NCBI GenBank assembly: GCA_965219995.1
Contig: CBDCOX010000002.1
Coordinates: forward strand, 4,384,001-4,448,000
Source: Candidatus Latescibacterota bacterium
GTDB taxonomy: Bacteria > Latescibacterota > UBA2968 > GCA-2709665
Length of the DNA stretch: 64,000 nucleotides
Direction of reading: 5' to 3'
The translations under genes and the position numbers were made by a program. Positions 47,221-56,691 of the stretch are shown one piece after another. How positions within the stretch are numbered: the stretch's first letter is position 1; every line of letters starts with the position of its first letter. Under the pieces are notes generated by a model. It was not told the DNA's origin, did not search any database, and was given only the letters and a program-made list of their open reading frames with translations.

Positions 47221-48255
47221 ATGAGCGGGATATTCGTGACCGGAGGCGCCGGATTCATCGGCTCGAACTTCGTTCGGTACTGGCTGTCCAGATATCCGGA
47301 TGACAGCGTTGTAAACTACGATCTGCTCACGTATGCCGGGAATCCGGACAACCTGACCGACGTGACGGAAACATATCCCGGAAGGTACGAATTCGTTCAG
47401 GGCGATATCGGCAACTATGAGCTGACGCGGAGTCTTCTGGAACGGCACCGGCCGGACTGTGTCGTCAACTTCGCCGCGGAGTCGCACAACAGCCGCGCTG
47501 TTGTGAATCCCGACGTCTTTTTCGAGACCAACGTGCTGGGAACGCAGCGACTGCTGCAGGCCGCGCACGACGCCGGCGTGCCCAGGGTTCACCACATTTC
47601 CACCTGTGAGGTCTACGGGGACCTGCCGCTCGATTCGGAGGAGAGCTTTTCGGAAACCGACCCGTATCAGCCGCGTACGCCTTACAACGCATCCAAAGCG
47701 GCCGCCGACCTGGTAGTCCGGGCGTACCATCTGACGTTCGGACTGCAGGTTACGATCTCCAACTGCGCGAACAACTACGGACCCCGCCAGTTTCCCGAAA
47801 AGGTGGTCCCTCTGTTTGTCACCCAGCTCCTCAACGGAAAGAAGATGACGCTCTACAAGAGCAGCAGGAACAAACGGGAGTGGCTCCATGTAGACGACCA
47901 CTGCCGGGCGATCGACCTGATCCTGAAGCATGGGAAGATCGGGGAGACGTACAACGTCGGCAGCGGCGTTGAGGTGGACGTCGAGACGATTGCAGACACC
48001 ATTCTGGACGTGCTCGGGCTCGACGGATCGTACAAGGTCTACGTCCCGGACCGCCCCGGACACGACCGCAGGTATCTACTGGATTCGAGCAAGCTGCGTA
48101 CGGAACTCGATTGGGCCCCCAAAATTCCCTTTGAGCATGGGTTCAGGGAAACGGTACTCTGGTACACCGATAATCGCGCCTGGTGGGAACCTCTCCTGAA
48201 ACGTCTCGACGTGGACGAGGAAGCCTGGACGCAGGCTTCAACCCGCCGGTCCTGA
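47221..48255 (+). CDS. rfbB: dTDP-glucose 4,6-dehydratase
   Basis: TGGAGFIGSNF, LTYAGN, FAAESH, YNASKA, DRPGHDRRY. Confidence 0.93.
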   Translation: MSGIFVTGGAGFIGSNFVRYWLSRYPDDSVVNYDLLTYAGNPDNLTDVTETYPGRYEFVQGDIGNYELTRSLLERHRPDCVVNFAAESHNSRAVVNPDVFFETNVLGTQRLLQAAHDAGVPRVHHISTCEVYGDLPLDSEESFSETDPYQPRTPYNASKAAADLVVRAYHLTFGLQVTISNCANNYGPRQFPEKVVPLFVTQLLNGKKMTLYKSSRNKREWLHVDDHCRAIDLILKHGKIGETYNVGSGVEVDVETIADTILDVLGLDGSYKVYVPDRPGHDRRYLLDSSKLRTELDWAPKIPFEHGFRETVLWYTDNRAWWEPLLKRLDVDEEAWTQASTRRS

Positions 48256-48294
48256 GGCGAGGCACGTGTCCGCATCTCCTTGAAAGGACGTTGA

Positions 48295-48867
48295 ATGCCG
48301 TTCCGGTTTCAAAGGCTGGGCATACCCGGACTCGTTCTCGTCGAGCCCCGCGTTTTTGAAGACAGTCGCGGCTTTCTGATGGAGTCCTACAAGAGGTCGG
48401 ATTTCGAAGCGGATGGAATCTTCGCCGAGTTTGTGCAGGATATCCATTCCCACTCGGTCAGGGGCGTCCTGAGGGGAATGCACTATCAGCTGCGCCCCGC
48501 GGCGCAGGCCAAGCTGGTGAGGGTTGTAAAGGGCGAGGTGTTCGACGCGGCGGTGGATATCCGCAGGAATGCCCCCACCTTCGGACAGTGGGAAGGGGTG
48601 GTGCTGTCTGACGAAAACCACAGGATGTTCTACGTTCCGGAGGGATTTGCGCACGGGTTCTGCGTGCTGAGCGACGAGGCCGAGTTCGTCTACAAGGTCA
48701 CCGCGGAGTTCGCGCCGGACCTCGACCGGGGCATCCTGTGGAACGATCCGGCCGTCGGCATCGACTGGCCGGTTTCCAATCCGGTCCTGTCCGCGAAGGA
48801 CCTCGAACTGCCCCTGCTGGCCGACGCCGAAAATAACTTCGTCTACGACCCGGGCGCGGTTGGCTGA
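48295..48867 (+). CDS. rfbC: dTDP-4-dehydrorhamnose 3,5-epimerase
   Basis: F.DSRGF, GVLRGMHYQ, VPEGFAHGF, WNDP.VGIDWP. Confidence 0.95.
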   Translation: MPFRFQRLGIPGLVLVEPRVFEDSRGFLMESYKRSDFEADGIFAEFVQDIHSHSVRGVLRGMHYQLRPAAQAKLVRVVKGEVFDAAVDIRRNAPTFGQWEGVVLSDENHRMFYVPEGFAHGFCVLSDEAEFVYKVTAEFAPDLDRGILWNDPAVGIDWPVSNPVLSAKDLELPLLADAENNFVYDPGAVG

Positions 48868-48948
48868 GATTCAAGGGGACTCGACGTCATTCGGTAAGGC
48901 GACACGGTTATGGACGTTGTGCCGGGGATCGTCGGATCCGGGCAGGTC

Positions 48949-49587
48949 CTATCCAAGCGGGCCGCCGCCGAAGAGGTCTTCTCCTTCTTCGGCGGTTTCT
49001 TCTTTGTTGGAGATGCCCCAGATCAGTCCGTGAGGATCCAGTTCGTTCAGAGGGGGGCTGTCGTAGTCCGGCTGGAGTTCGCTTCCGCAGATGGGACAGC
49101 AGGCATACGACGGATGATACAGGACGCCGTTGTTGCAGGCCTTGCAGGATTTCACCATCGTATCCAGCTTGTCGCCGCAGCGTACGCAGTGCTGAAAGTA
49201 GCCGTCGTAGGGCGTGCTCTCCCCGCACCGGGAGCAGGTCACCACGTCGTGCATGCCCAGTTTGTCGGCCGGCGGCTGCTCGAGCGAGATCGCCTGCCGA
49301 TCCGGCACGGAGACGTATTCGGCCTTGAACGTCTGAAATTTTTCGCGGATCTGGCTGGTCTGTACGCCCAGGTATTTTTCCGAAATCGTGATCGTGAAGA
49401 CCAGGTCGGGCGAAATGCCCAGGAAGTGGATGAGGTCTCTGGTATTCCAGTCCCGCTGTTCGACGATCGTGGCCTTGTGGGTTTCGCACAGGCTGAGGAA
49501 GTCCTGTATTTTTTTTCGGTTCTCCCGCCGCCGGCTGTTGTCTTCCCGTTCAAACTCGTACAGGGTGCCGAAGTCGATGCGGATCAT
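48949..49587 (-). CDS. Hypothetical protein with C-terminal double zinc ribbon
   Basis: CSRC, CVRC, CKAC, CPIC; ATGA overlap with uvrA stop. Confidence 0.75.
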   Translation of the reverse strand: MIRIDFGTLYEFEREDNSRRRENRKKIQDFLSLCETHKATIVEQRDWNTRDLIHFLGISPDLVFTITISEKYLGVQTSQIREKFQTFKAEYVSVPDRQAISLEQPPADKLGMHDVVTCSRCGESTPYDGYFQHCVRCGDKLDTMVKSCKACNNGVLYHPSYACCPICGSELQPDYDSPPLNELDPHGLIWGISNKEETAEEGEDLFGGGPLG

Positions 49588-52355
49588 GGTTCGATCACCT
49601 TATTGAGAAAGCGGCCGGTGTGGGAGGCCGGCGCGGCGGCAACGCGTTCCGGGGGCCCCTCCGCGACGACCCGACCGCCGGAATCTCCGCCGCCGGGACC
49701 GAGATCGACAATCCAGTCCGCCCGTTTCACAACGTCCAGGTTGTGTTCGATCACGATGACGGTGTTGCCCTTGTCCACCAGCCGGTCCAGAACCGCGATG
49801 AGCGTCCGGATGTCCTCGAAGTGCAGTCCGGTCGTCGGCTCGTCCAGAATATACATGGTTTTTCCGGTTGCCACACGGGAAAGTTCGGCGGCCAGTTTGA
49901 TGCGCTGCGCTTCGCCTCCGGAGAGGGCCCTCGCCGGCTGGCCCAGCCGGATATAGCCCAGGCCGACGTCCGAGAGGGTTTTCAGTTTCCGCCGTGCGCC
50001 GGGTATATCCCGAAAGAACGTGAGCGCCTTCTCGGCGGTCATTTTCAGGACGTCCGCGATCGAACAGCCCTTGTACCGGATTTCCAGGGTCTCCCTGTTG
50101 TAACGGCTTCCCCCGCAGGCATCGCAGGTCACATAGACATCGGGGAGGAAGTCCATTGCAATCCGTTGCTGGCCGTCGCCCTGGCAGGGCTCGCAACGTC
50201 CGCCCTTCAGATTGAAGCTGAATCGACCTGGCGTATATCCGCGAACCCTGGATTCGGGAAGTTGCGCGAAGAGCTCTCGAATGTCCGTAAAGAGGTCGGT
50301 GTAGGTGGCAGGGTTTGATCGGGGCGTCCGACCGATTGGCGCCTGGTCGATCGGGATGATCTTGTCGATCTGAGACAGTCCCTCGATGGCGTCGTGTCCA
50401 AGCGGTACGGACGCGGCGTTGTGCAGTCTGTTCGCCAGCGCAGGATAGAGCGTCCCGTTGATCAGGGTGCTCTTTCCGGACCCGGACACACCGGTAACGC
50501 AGACAAGGACTCCCAGCGGAATCGTGACGTCAACGCCCTTGAGATTGTGTCCTCGCGCTCCCTTCAATACGATCCGGCCGGTGGGTTGTCTATTGTCGGG
50601 GGGCCGGGGGATGGATTTCCGCCCGGAAAGGTACGCGCCCGTGAGGCATTCCCGGGCGGCCATGATCTCCTCAGCGCTACCCTGTGCGATCAGTTCGCCG
50701 CCCAACTCGCCCGCTCCGGGCCCGAGGTCGATCAGATGGTCGGCGGCCATCATCGTCTCCCTGTCGTGTTCCACCACCAGAACGGTATTGCCGAGGTCGC
50801 GGAGCGTTTCCAGAGTATGGATGAGCTTGCGGTTGTCCCCGGGGTGCAAGCCGACACTGGGTTCGTCAAGGACGTAGAGCACTCCCGAAAGGCGCGTGCC
50901 GATCTGCGTGGCCATGCGAATCCGCTGCGTCTCGCCGCCGGAGAGGGAGGCCACGCTGCGTTCCAGCGTGAGATAACCCACACCCACGTCCCTCAGGAAG
51001 ACGAGCCGGTTGCGGATTTCATCCAGAATCGTGTCGACGACCTCCCGGGGTCCCAGCCTCCCCCTCAGGCGTTCCAAGAAACCGATGGCCCGATCGATAC
51101 CCATCGCCGAAACCTGCCCGATGTTGCAGCCGTCAATGGTGACCGCCAGGGCCTCCTTTCGCAACCTCGCGCCGGAACAGTCCGAACAGACAACGGTATG
51201 GACGTACGGTTCAGGGCCGGACCCGGCTTCATCCGACGCGGCATCCGCAACCCGCCGGTTGAGGGACGGGATCACGCCGTCGAATCCGAGGGATTCGTCG
51301 CCCCACAAGATGGCCTCCCTCGCTTCGGTCGAAAGGGAACCGAATGGCGCGGCGACGTCGAAACCGTACCGGTCCGCGAGGCGCCTGAGCAGATCGAGCT
51401 TCGCGCGGCCCCTGGGGACGCCCCATGGCGCGATGGCGCCCTCGGCAATGGAGCGGCCCGCGTCCGGAACGACGCCGTCAGGATCTACATCCGTCCTCTC
51501 GCCCAGGCCGTTGCAGGCGGGACAGGCGCCGTGCGGACTGTTGAACGAGAACAGACGGGGCGTCGGTTCTTCAAGCGTGACGTCGCAGTTTCTGCATATC
51601 AACTGCGTGGAATAGCTCTGCTCACGGCCTTCGAGCACGTCCAGGACGACGATACCGCCGGACAGGGCCAGCGCGGTTTCGAGCGAGTCGGCCAGCCGGC
51701 GTTCGATTCCCGGGCGTACGACAAGGCGGTCGATAACGGCGTCGACGGTGTGCGGTTCCGTCGGATCCAGGCGAATTTCTTCTTCCAGGGCCCGATCCCG
51801 GCCGTCGATCCGAACGCGCACGTATCCATCGCGCCGGAGGCGTTCCAGTTCCCGGTCCAGACGACCTTTCCGGTTTCGTATCCATGGCGCCAGAATTCGA
51901 AGGCGGGTTCCCGCGGGCATCGCAAGCACCTCGTCGACGATTTCGCCGACGGTCTGGCAGGCGATCGGGTTACCGCAGTTCGGGCAATGCGGCAGGCCGG
52001 CCCGTGCGAAGAGGACCCTGAGATGGTCGTGGATTTCCGTGAGGGTGCCAACCGTCGACCTGGAAGTTCCCGCGGTCCGACGCTGTTGAATCGCCACGGC
52101 GGGGGAGAGGCCGTCAATGCTGTCGACGTCGGGTCTCTCCATCACCTCCAGGAAACGACGCGCGTGGGTGGACATCGCCTCCACGTACCTGCGCTGTCCT
52201 TCAGCATAGATGGTGTCGAAGGCCAGCGAGGATTTTCCCGATCCGGACGGCCCCGTGATGACCACAAACCGGTTTCTGGGGATGTCGAGATCGAGGCCCC
52301 GGAGGTTGTGCTGGCGGGCGCCGCGTATTCGGATGGCGTCGTTTGCAGGTGGCAT
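49584..52355 (-). CDS. uvrA: Excinuclease ABC subunit A
   Basis: GARQHNL, GPSGSGKSSLAFDT, EGQRRYVE, zinc fingers, second ATPase GVSGSGKS, LSGGEAQR, LDEPTTGLH. Confidence 0.95.
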   Translation of the reverse strand: MPPANDAIRIRGARQHNLRGLDLDIPRNRFVVITGPSGSGKSSLAFDTIYAEGQRRYVEAMSTHARRFLEVMERPDVDSIDGLSPAVAIQQRRTAGTSRSTVGTLTEIHDHLRVLFARAGLPHCPNCGNPIACQTVGEIVDEVLAMPAGTRLRILAPWIRNRKGRLDRELERLRRDGYVRVRIDGRDRALEEEIRLDPTEPHTVDAVIDRLVVRPGIERRLADSLETALALSGGIVVLDVLEGREQSYSTQLICRNCDVTLEEPTPRLFSFNSPHGACPACNGLGERTDVDPDGVVPDAGRSIAEGAIAPWGVPRGRAKLDLLRRLADRYGFDVAAPFGSLSTEAREAILWGDESLGFDGVIPSLNRRVADAASDEAGSGPEPYVHTVVCSDCSGARLRKEALAVTIDGCNIGQVSAMGIDRAIGFLERLRGRLGPREVVDTILDEIRNRLVFLRDVGVGYLTLERSVASLSGGETQRIRMATQIGTRLSGVLYVLDEPSVGLHPGDNRKLIHTLETLRDLGNTVLVVEHDRETMMAADHLIDLGPGAGELGGELIAQGSAEEIMAARECLTGAYLSGRKSIPRPPDNRQPTGRIVLKGARGHNLKGVDVTIPLGVLVCVTGVSGSGKSTLINGTLYPALANRLHNAASVPLGHDAIEGLSQIDKIIPIDQAPIGRTPRSNPATYTDLFTDIRELFAQLPESRVRGYTPGRFSFNLKGGRCEPCQGDGQQRIAMDFLPDVYVTCDACGGSRYNRETLEIRYKGCSIADVLKMTAEKALTFFRDIPGARRKLKTLSDVGLGYIRLGQPARALSGGEAQRIKLAAELSRVATGKTMYILDEPTTGLHFEDIRTLIAVLDRLVDKGNTVIVIEHNLDVVKRADWIVDLGPGGGDSGGRVVAEGPPERVAAAPASHTGRFLNKVIEP

Positions 52356-52372
52356 GCGGGACCGGCGAGGCG

Positions 52373-52399
52373 AAACCCCGATCGGGCGACCGGGGCTTT
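52373..52399 (-). terminator. Terminator-like hairpin directly after the tRNA-like gene
   Basis: Minus strand AAGCCCCGGTC-GCCC-GATCGGGGTTT; two G.U pairs form only on this strand; short U-tract. Confidence 0.45.
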
Positions 52400-52402
52400 G
52401 GA

Positions 52403-52469
52403 TGGTGCGGCAGGGAGGACTCGAACCGCCAGCCGTCCGGTTCGAAGCCGGATGCTGAACCACTGCCGC
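52403..52469 (-). tRNA. tRNA-Arg(UCG)-like gene lacking the D-loop (67 nt; pseudo-tRNA or non-canonical RNA)
   Basis: GCGGCAG-TGGTTCAGCA-TCCGG-CTTCGAA-CCGGA-CGGCT-GGCGG-TTCGAGT-CCTCC-CTGCCGC-A-CCA. Confidence 0.8.
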
Positions 52470-52483
52470 GAAGGCGTTGGACA

Positions 52484-52511
52484 AATATACCTTCCGCCGG
52501 TGCCGTTGCAA
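52484..52511 (-). promoter_or_regulatory. Sigma70-like promoter upstream of tRNA-like gene and uvrA
   Basis: Minus strand TTGCAA-16 nt-TATATT, ending 14 nt before tRNA position 1. Confidence 0.6.
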
Positions 52512-52615
52512 GCCCAAAAATCGCCACTTGACAATGGCGGACGAAATGGGAAAATTAAGGACTTGCCACAGCTGCGGTGAAATCCGAAAGCGGGCGTTGG
52601 TTCAGGAGGAAATCT

Positions 52616-53905
52616 GTGAACAACCGTTCGGCGGCGTTATTCGAAGCGGCGCAGCGGGTGATTCCGGGCGGCGTGAACAGCCCGGCGCGGGCGTTCGGCC
52701 CGGTGGGGGGCCGGCCGCTGTTCATCACGCGAGGAAGCGGGTCCAGGGTTTTCGATGCGGACGGGCGGGCGTATATCGACTACGTCTGTTCGTGGGGGCC
52801 GCTGGTTCTGGGCCATGCGCCGCCAGTCGTGGTCGAGGCGCTGAAACGGACCTGCGAGCAGGGTACGAGTTTCGGGGCGCCCACTGAAACAGAAGTCGAA
52901 ATGGCAGGGCTGGTCATCGAACTCGTGCCGGGTGTGGAAATGGTGCGGATGGTGAATTCGGGCACCGAGGCCACGATGTCGGCCGTGCGCCTGGCCAGGG
53001 GGTTTACGGGCCGCGAAAAGGTGATCAAGTTCGAGGGATGCTGGCACGGGCATGCCGACAGCTTTCTGATTCAGGCGGGGTCGTCGGCGCTCACCACGGG
53101 CGTACCCAGCAGCCCCGGCGTGACCGCGGGCACGGCGGCGGGTACCCTCACCGCACCCTACAACGACTTTGAGGCCGTTAAGCGGATCGTGGCGGAGAAC
53201 CCGGACGAGATCGCGGCGGTCATCGTGGAGCCGGTGGCCGGCAATATGGGCGTGATTCCGCCCGCGGACGGATTCCTGGAAGGATTGCGGGAACTCACCG
53301 CGGATTCGGGGATTGTGCTCATATTCGACGAAGTGATCACCGGATTCAGGGTTCATCCGGGAGGCGCCCAGGCCTTATACGGGGTCACGCCCGATCTGAC
53401 CACGCTCGGCAAGATTATCGGAGGCGGGCTTCCGGTGGGCGCATTCGGCGGCAGGCGGGAGATCATGTCGCATATTTCGCCACTCGGAAAAGGGGTATCG
53501 CAGGCCGGGACCCTTTCCGGAAATCCCCTTGCGATGACAGCGGGTTACGAGACGCTCATGCAGCTCCGGGAACCCGGCGCGTATGAATCGCTGGAGGGCA
53601 AAGCAGCCGCCCTGGAGGCCGGCTTCCGGGAAAACCTGAGGTCGCTCGGATTGCCGTTTCGCCTGAACCGGGTCGGGTCCATGATGACCATGTTCTTCAC
53701 GGACCGTCCCGTGACGCGATACGAGGCCGCCGTCGCGTGCGACCAGGAGGCTTTCGCGCGTTACTTCCGGCTGATGCTGGAACAGGGCGTCTATCTGGCG
53801 CCCTCGCAGTTCGAAGCGACCTTTGTCTCGCTGGCGCACACCGAAGCGGATATCGAGCGAACGATTGAAGCGCAGCATACGGCATTGAAGTCATGCGCAG
53901 CCTGA
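52616..53905 (+). CDS. hemL: Glutamate-1-semialdehyde 2,1-aminomutase
   Basis: [46 protein letters not shown]; AGGAGG RBS before GTG. Confidence 0.95.
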   Translation: MNNRSAALFEAAQRVIPGGVNSPARAFGPVGGRPLFITRGSGSRVFDADGRAYIDYVCSWGPLVLGHAPPVVVEALKRTCEQGTSFGAPTETEVEMAGLVIELVPGVEMVRMVNSGTEATMSAVRLARGFTGREKVIKFEGCWHGHADSFLIQAGSSALTTGVPSSPGVTAGTAAGTLTAPYNDFEAVKRIVAENPDEIAAVIVEPVAGNMGVIPPADGFLEGLRELTADSGIVLIFDEVITGFRVHPGGAQALYGVTPDLTTLGKIIGGGLPVGAFGGRREIMSHISPLGKGVSQAGTLSGNPLAMTAGYETLMQLREPGAYESLEGKAAALEAGFRENLRSLGLPFRLNRVGSMMTMFFTDRPVTRYEAAVACDQEAFARYFRLMLEQGVYLAPSQFEATFVSLAHTEADIERTIEAQHTALKSCAA

Positions 53906-54357
53906 GCGTAATCCTCCTATTGTCGCTCGGCCTGCCGGGATGCGGCGGCGAAAGCGATCACTTTGCGCGGCTCCGTTCCGGTACGCCGCGAGAGCGCGAG
54001 GATGCGGCGGCGTATCTGGGCGCCCACCGCATTCCCGGATCGGCTCCGTGGTTGCGACAGGCGCTGAGGGATACGGTTCCGGAGGTGCGTGCCAAGGCGA
54101 TCTGGGCGCTGGGGATGCTGGGCGCCGGCGAGGCGCTTCCCGATCTGGTGCCGTTCCTTACGGCCGACAGCCGCCGGTTGCGACAGCAGGCCGCCGTCGC
54201 AATTATGCATATTGAACAGCCCGAGGCGATCGCCGTTCTGGAGATGGCGATGCGCACGGAAAGGGACCCGTGGGTCAGAAGCGATCTGGCAAGGGCGATA
54301 ACGCACCTCAAGCAGTTTGTGGGTGAATCAGAACTTGCGGAAGGAACGTTTCGGTAA
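53893..54357 (+). CDS. Small HEAT-repeat lipoprotein
   Basis: Lipobox-like GLPGC; [16 protein letters not shown] repeats; overlaps hemL end. Confidence 0.75.
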   Translation: MRSLSVILLLSLGLPGCGGESDHFARLRSGTPREREDAAAYLGAHRIPGSAPWLRQALRDTVPEVRAKAIWALGMLGAGEALPDLVPFLTADSRRLRQQAAVAIMHIEQPEAIAVLEMAMRTERDPWVRSDLARAITHLKQFVGESELAEGTFR

Positions 54358-54411
54358 GCGTGTTCGGCCCTGCCAAATAAACGGGACAGGACATTCGGGG
54401 GCATTTCACTT

Positions 54412-56583
54412 ATGAATCGATGGTTTGAGACTCGCATTTTCGCGGCCTGCCTGATCGGCGTCCTGCCGATGGGTCGGTCAACGACCGCCGCCGCCGATTG
54501 GACGCACTGGCGCGGGCCGATGCAGACTGGCGCTTCACTGGAAAACGGTCTGATTTCAAGATGGTCTCCGGAAGGAGAAAACCTGGTCTGGCGGTCGGCG
54601 TTCATCGGCCGGTCCACACCGGTCATACTGAACGGGCGGGTGTACGTGATCGGACGTACCGGGGACGGCGTTACCAGGCAGGAACACGTCGCCTGTTTCG
54701 ACGCGGAGAACGGACGGCTGGTTTGGGAGCGCAAGTTCAATGTGTGGCACTCCACAATCACGTTCAACCGTCTGGGCTGGGCGAATCTGGGCGCCGACGG
54801 GGAAACCGGATACGTGTACGCACACCTGGTGAACGGTCTGCTGCTGTGTTTCAACGGTGACGGGAGGATTCTCTGGACCCGGTCGCTGACAGAGGAGTTC
54901 AACAGGTTCTCCGGCTACGGAGGCAGGCTGCACACGCCCGTTATCGACGGAGACCTGGTGGTTATCAGCATGGGCAACAGGGGCTGGGCGGACCGCCCGC
55001 CCTCCCACCGGTACATGGCGTTCGACAAGCGGACTGGAGAGACCGTTTGGATGGCGCGGCCGGGCGGGGGCGGGCAGGCCGATCTGACCGTGTATTCCAC
55101 CCCGGTGTCGGCGACCGTCGACGGCCGGCGGGTGCTGATCGCGGGCAATGGAAACGGTGGCATCTTCGCATTCAAGGCCGGCACGGGCGAGGTCCTGTGG
55201 GGCTTCCCGTTGAGCAGGCGGGGCATCAACACCTCTCCGGTTGCGGCTGACAATCGCGTGTACGCGACCCACAGCGAAGAGAACGTGGACAATACCACGA
55301 TGGGTCGGGTGGTATGCCTGGACGCGAGAACCGGGAAAGAGATCTGGCGCCAGGACGGAATCGCGGCGGGGTATGCTTCTCCGGCCCTTCACGCCGGGCG
55401 CCTGTACGTTATCGACAATTCGGCGAACGTGCACTGCCTGGACGCAGAGAGCGGGCGAAAATACTGGGAGCATAATATCGGCACGGTGGGCAAGGGCTCA
55501 CCCACCTGGGCGGACGGTAAATTGTACGTGACGGAAGTCAACGGCGGATTCCGGATTCTCGAGGTGGACGATGCGGGCGCGCAGTTGCTGGATGAGAAGA
55601 CGATTGCGATGCCCGGCGGCAGACCCGCGGAAATCTACGGATCGGTCGTCGTCGCATATGGCCGGATTTACTTCGCAACCGAAGCCGGACTCTTCTGCCT
55701 GGGGGACCGGGATTCGACCGTCACGCCCGCCTCAGCGCCCTTTGACGGTCATGCTCGCGCACCGTCGGGCGCCAAACCCGCCTCGCTGCTGGTCTTTCCG
55801 GCCGAGAAAACGCTGGCCTGGGACGAATCGCTCCCATTGAGCGTCCGGGCGTATGACGAACGGGGCCGGATGATCGGAAGCGTAGACGCGGAATGGTCCT
55901 TCGAAGGGCTGGACGGACGCGTCGACAACGGTCGGTTCACACCGGAAGAACGCGGACAGGCCGGGTGGGTGGTCGCCACTTCAGACGGGTTGACCGCGCG
56001 GGCGTGGGTCCGCGTGGTACCCAGACCACCCTGGACGGAAGACTTCGAGGGGTTTCCGGAGGGCAGGAATCCACGCCACTGGGTGTGGGGCGGGAGGGGG
56101 TTCCGGGTCGAGGAAAAGGATGGAAACAAGGTGCTGGTGAAGCCGCCCGCGGCGCGCGGGCTGGACCGTTCCAATCTCTACATCGGACCGCCCGGTATGA
56201 AAGGATATACCGTCCAGGCCGATCTGATGGGCGGCACGCGCCGGCGCTGGCGTCCGGACATGGGCCTTATCGCGCACCGATACATCCTGGACCTGCAGAG
56301 TGCCTATCAGCGCCTGGAGGTCCGGTCGTGGTCCTCGGATCTGAGGATGGTCCGGCGCGTGCCCTTCGAATGGGCCCCCGACGTGTGGTATACCATGAAG
56401 ATGAGGGTGGATATCGAGGGCGATCGGGCCGTCGTCCGGGGTAAGGTCTGGAAGCGGGGCGACGCGGAACCCGATGCCTGGACGATCGAGGCGGAGGATC
56501 CGCTTCCCATCCGGGAAGGCAGCCCGGGGCTCTACGGATATTCGCCGGCGAACATTTATTATGACAATGTACGCGTGTATTGA
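54412..56583 (+). CDS. PQQ-binding-like (BamB-like) beta-propeller protein with C-terminal extra domains
   Basis: Signal peptide; DW.HWRGP; repeated STPV...CLDA.TG..IW blades. Confidence 0.85.
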   Translation: MNRWFETRIFAACLIGVLPMGRSTTAAADWTHWRGPMQTGASLENGLISRWSPEGENLVWRSAFIGRSTPVILNGRVYVIGRTGDGVTRQEHVACFDAENGRLVWERKFNVWHSTITFNRLGWANLGADGETGYVYAHLVNGLLLCFNGDGRILWTRSLTEEFNRFSGYGGRLHTPVIDGDLVVISMGNRGWADRPPSHRYMAFDKRTGETVWMARPGGGGQADLTVYSTPVSATVDGRRVLIAGNGNGGIFAFKAGTGEVLWGFPLSRRGINTSPVAADNRVYATHSEENVDNTTMGRVVCLDARTGKEIWRQDGIAAGYASPALHAGRLYVIDNSANVHCLDAESGRKYWEHNIGTVGKGSPTWADGKLYVTEVNGGFRILEVDDAGAQLLDEKTIAMPGGRPAEIYGSVVVAYGRIYFATEAGLFCLGDRDSTVTPASAPFDGHARAPSGAKPASLLVFPAEKTLAWDESLPLSVRAYDERGRMIGSVDAEWSFEGLDGRVDNGRFTPEERGQAGWVVATSDGLTARAWVRVVPRPPWTEDFEGFPEGRNPRHWVWGGRGFRVEEKDGNKVLVKPPAARGLDRSNLYIGPPGMKGYTVQADLMGGTRRRWRPDMGLIAHRYILDLQSAYQRLEVRSWSSDLRMVRRVPFEWAPDVWYTMKMRVDIEGDRAVVRGKVWKRGDAEPDAWTIEAEDPLPIREGSPGLYGYSPANIYYDNVRVY

Positions 56584-56691
56584 GGTGACCGGAAATCCGG
56601 AAACGGCGCGTTTCAAATTCGGCCGGGTACCGTCATTGACCGTCGAAAGAACGCGCCGTTAAAGCGTGGGCGCAATCAGAGAAAGGTACAG

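Noticed and set aside
52403-52469. Phage or island att-site tRNA fragment, tmRNA or tRNA-Sec
   Set aside because: Both acceptor strands are present, unlike att remnants; no integrase; no G3.U70 pair or tag ORF; anticodon is UCG with a short variable loop
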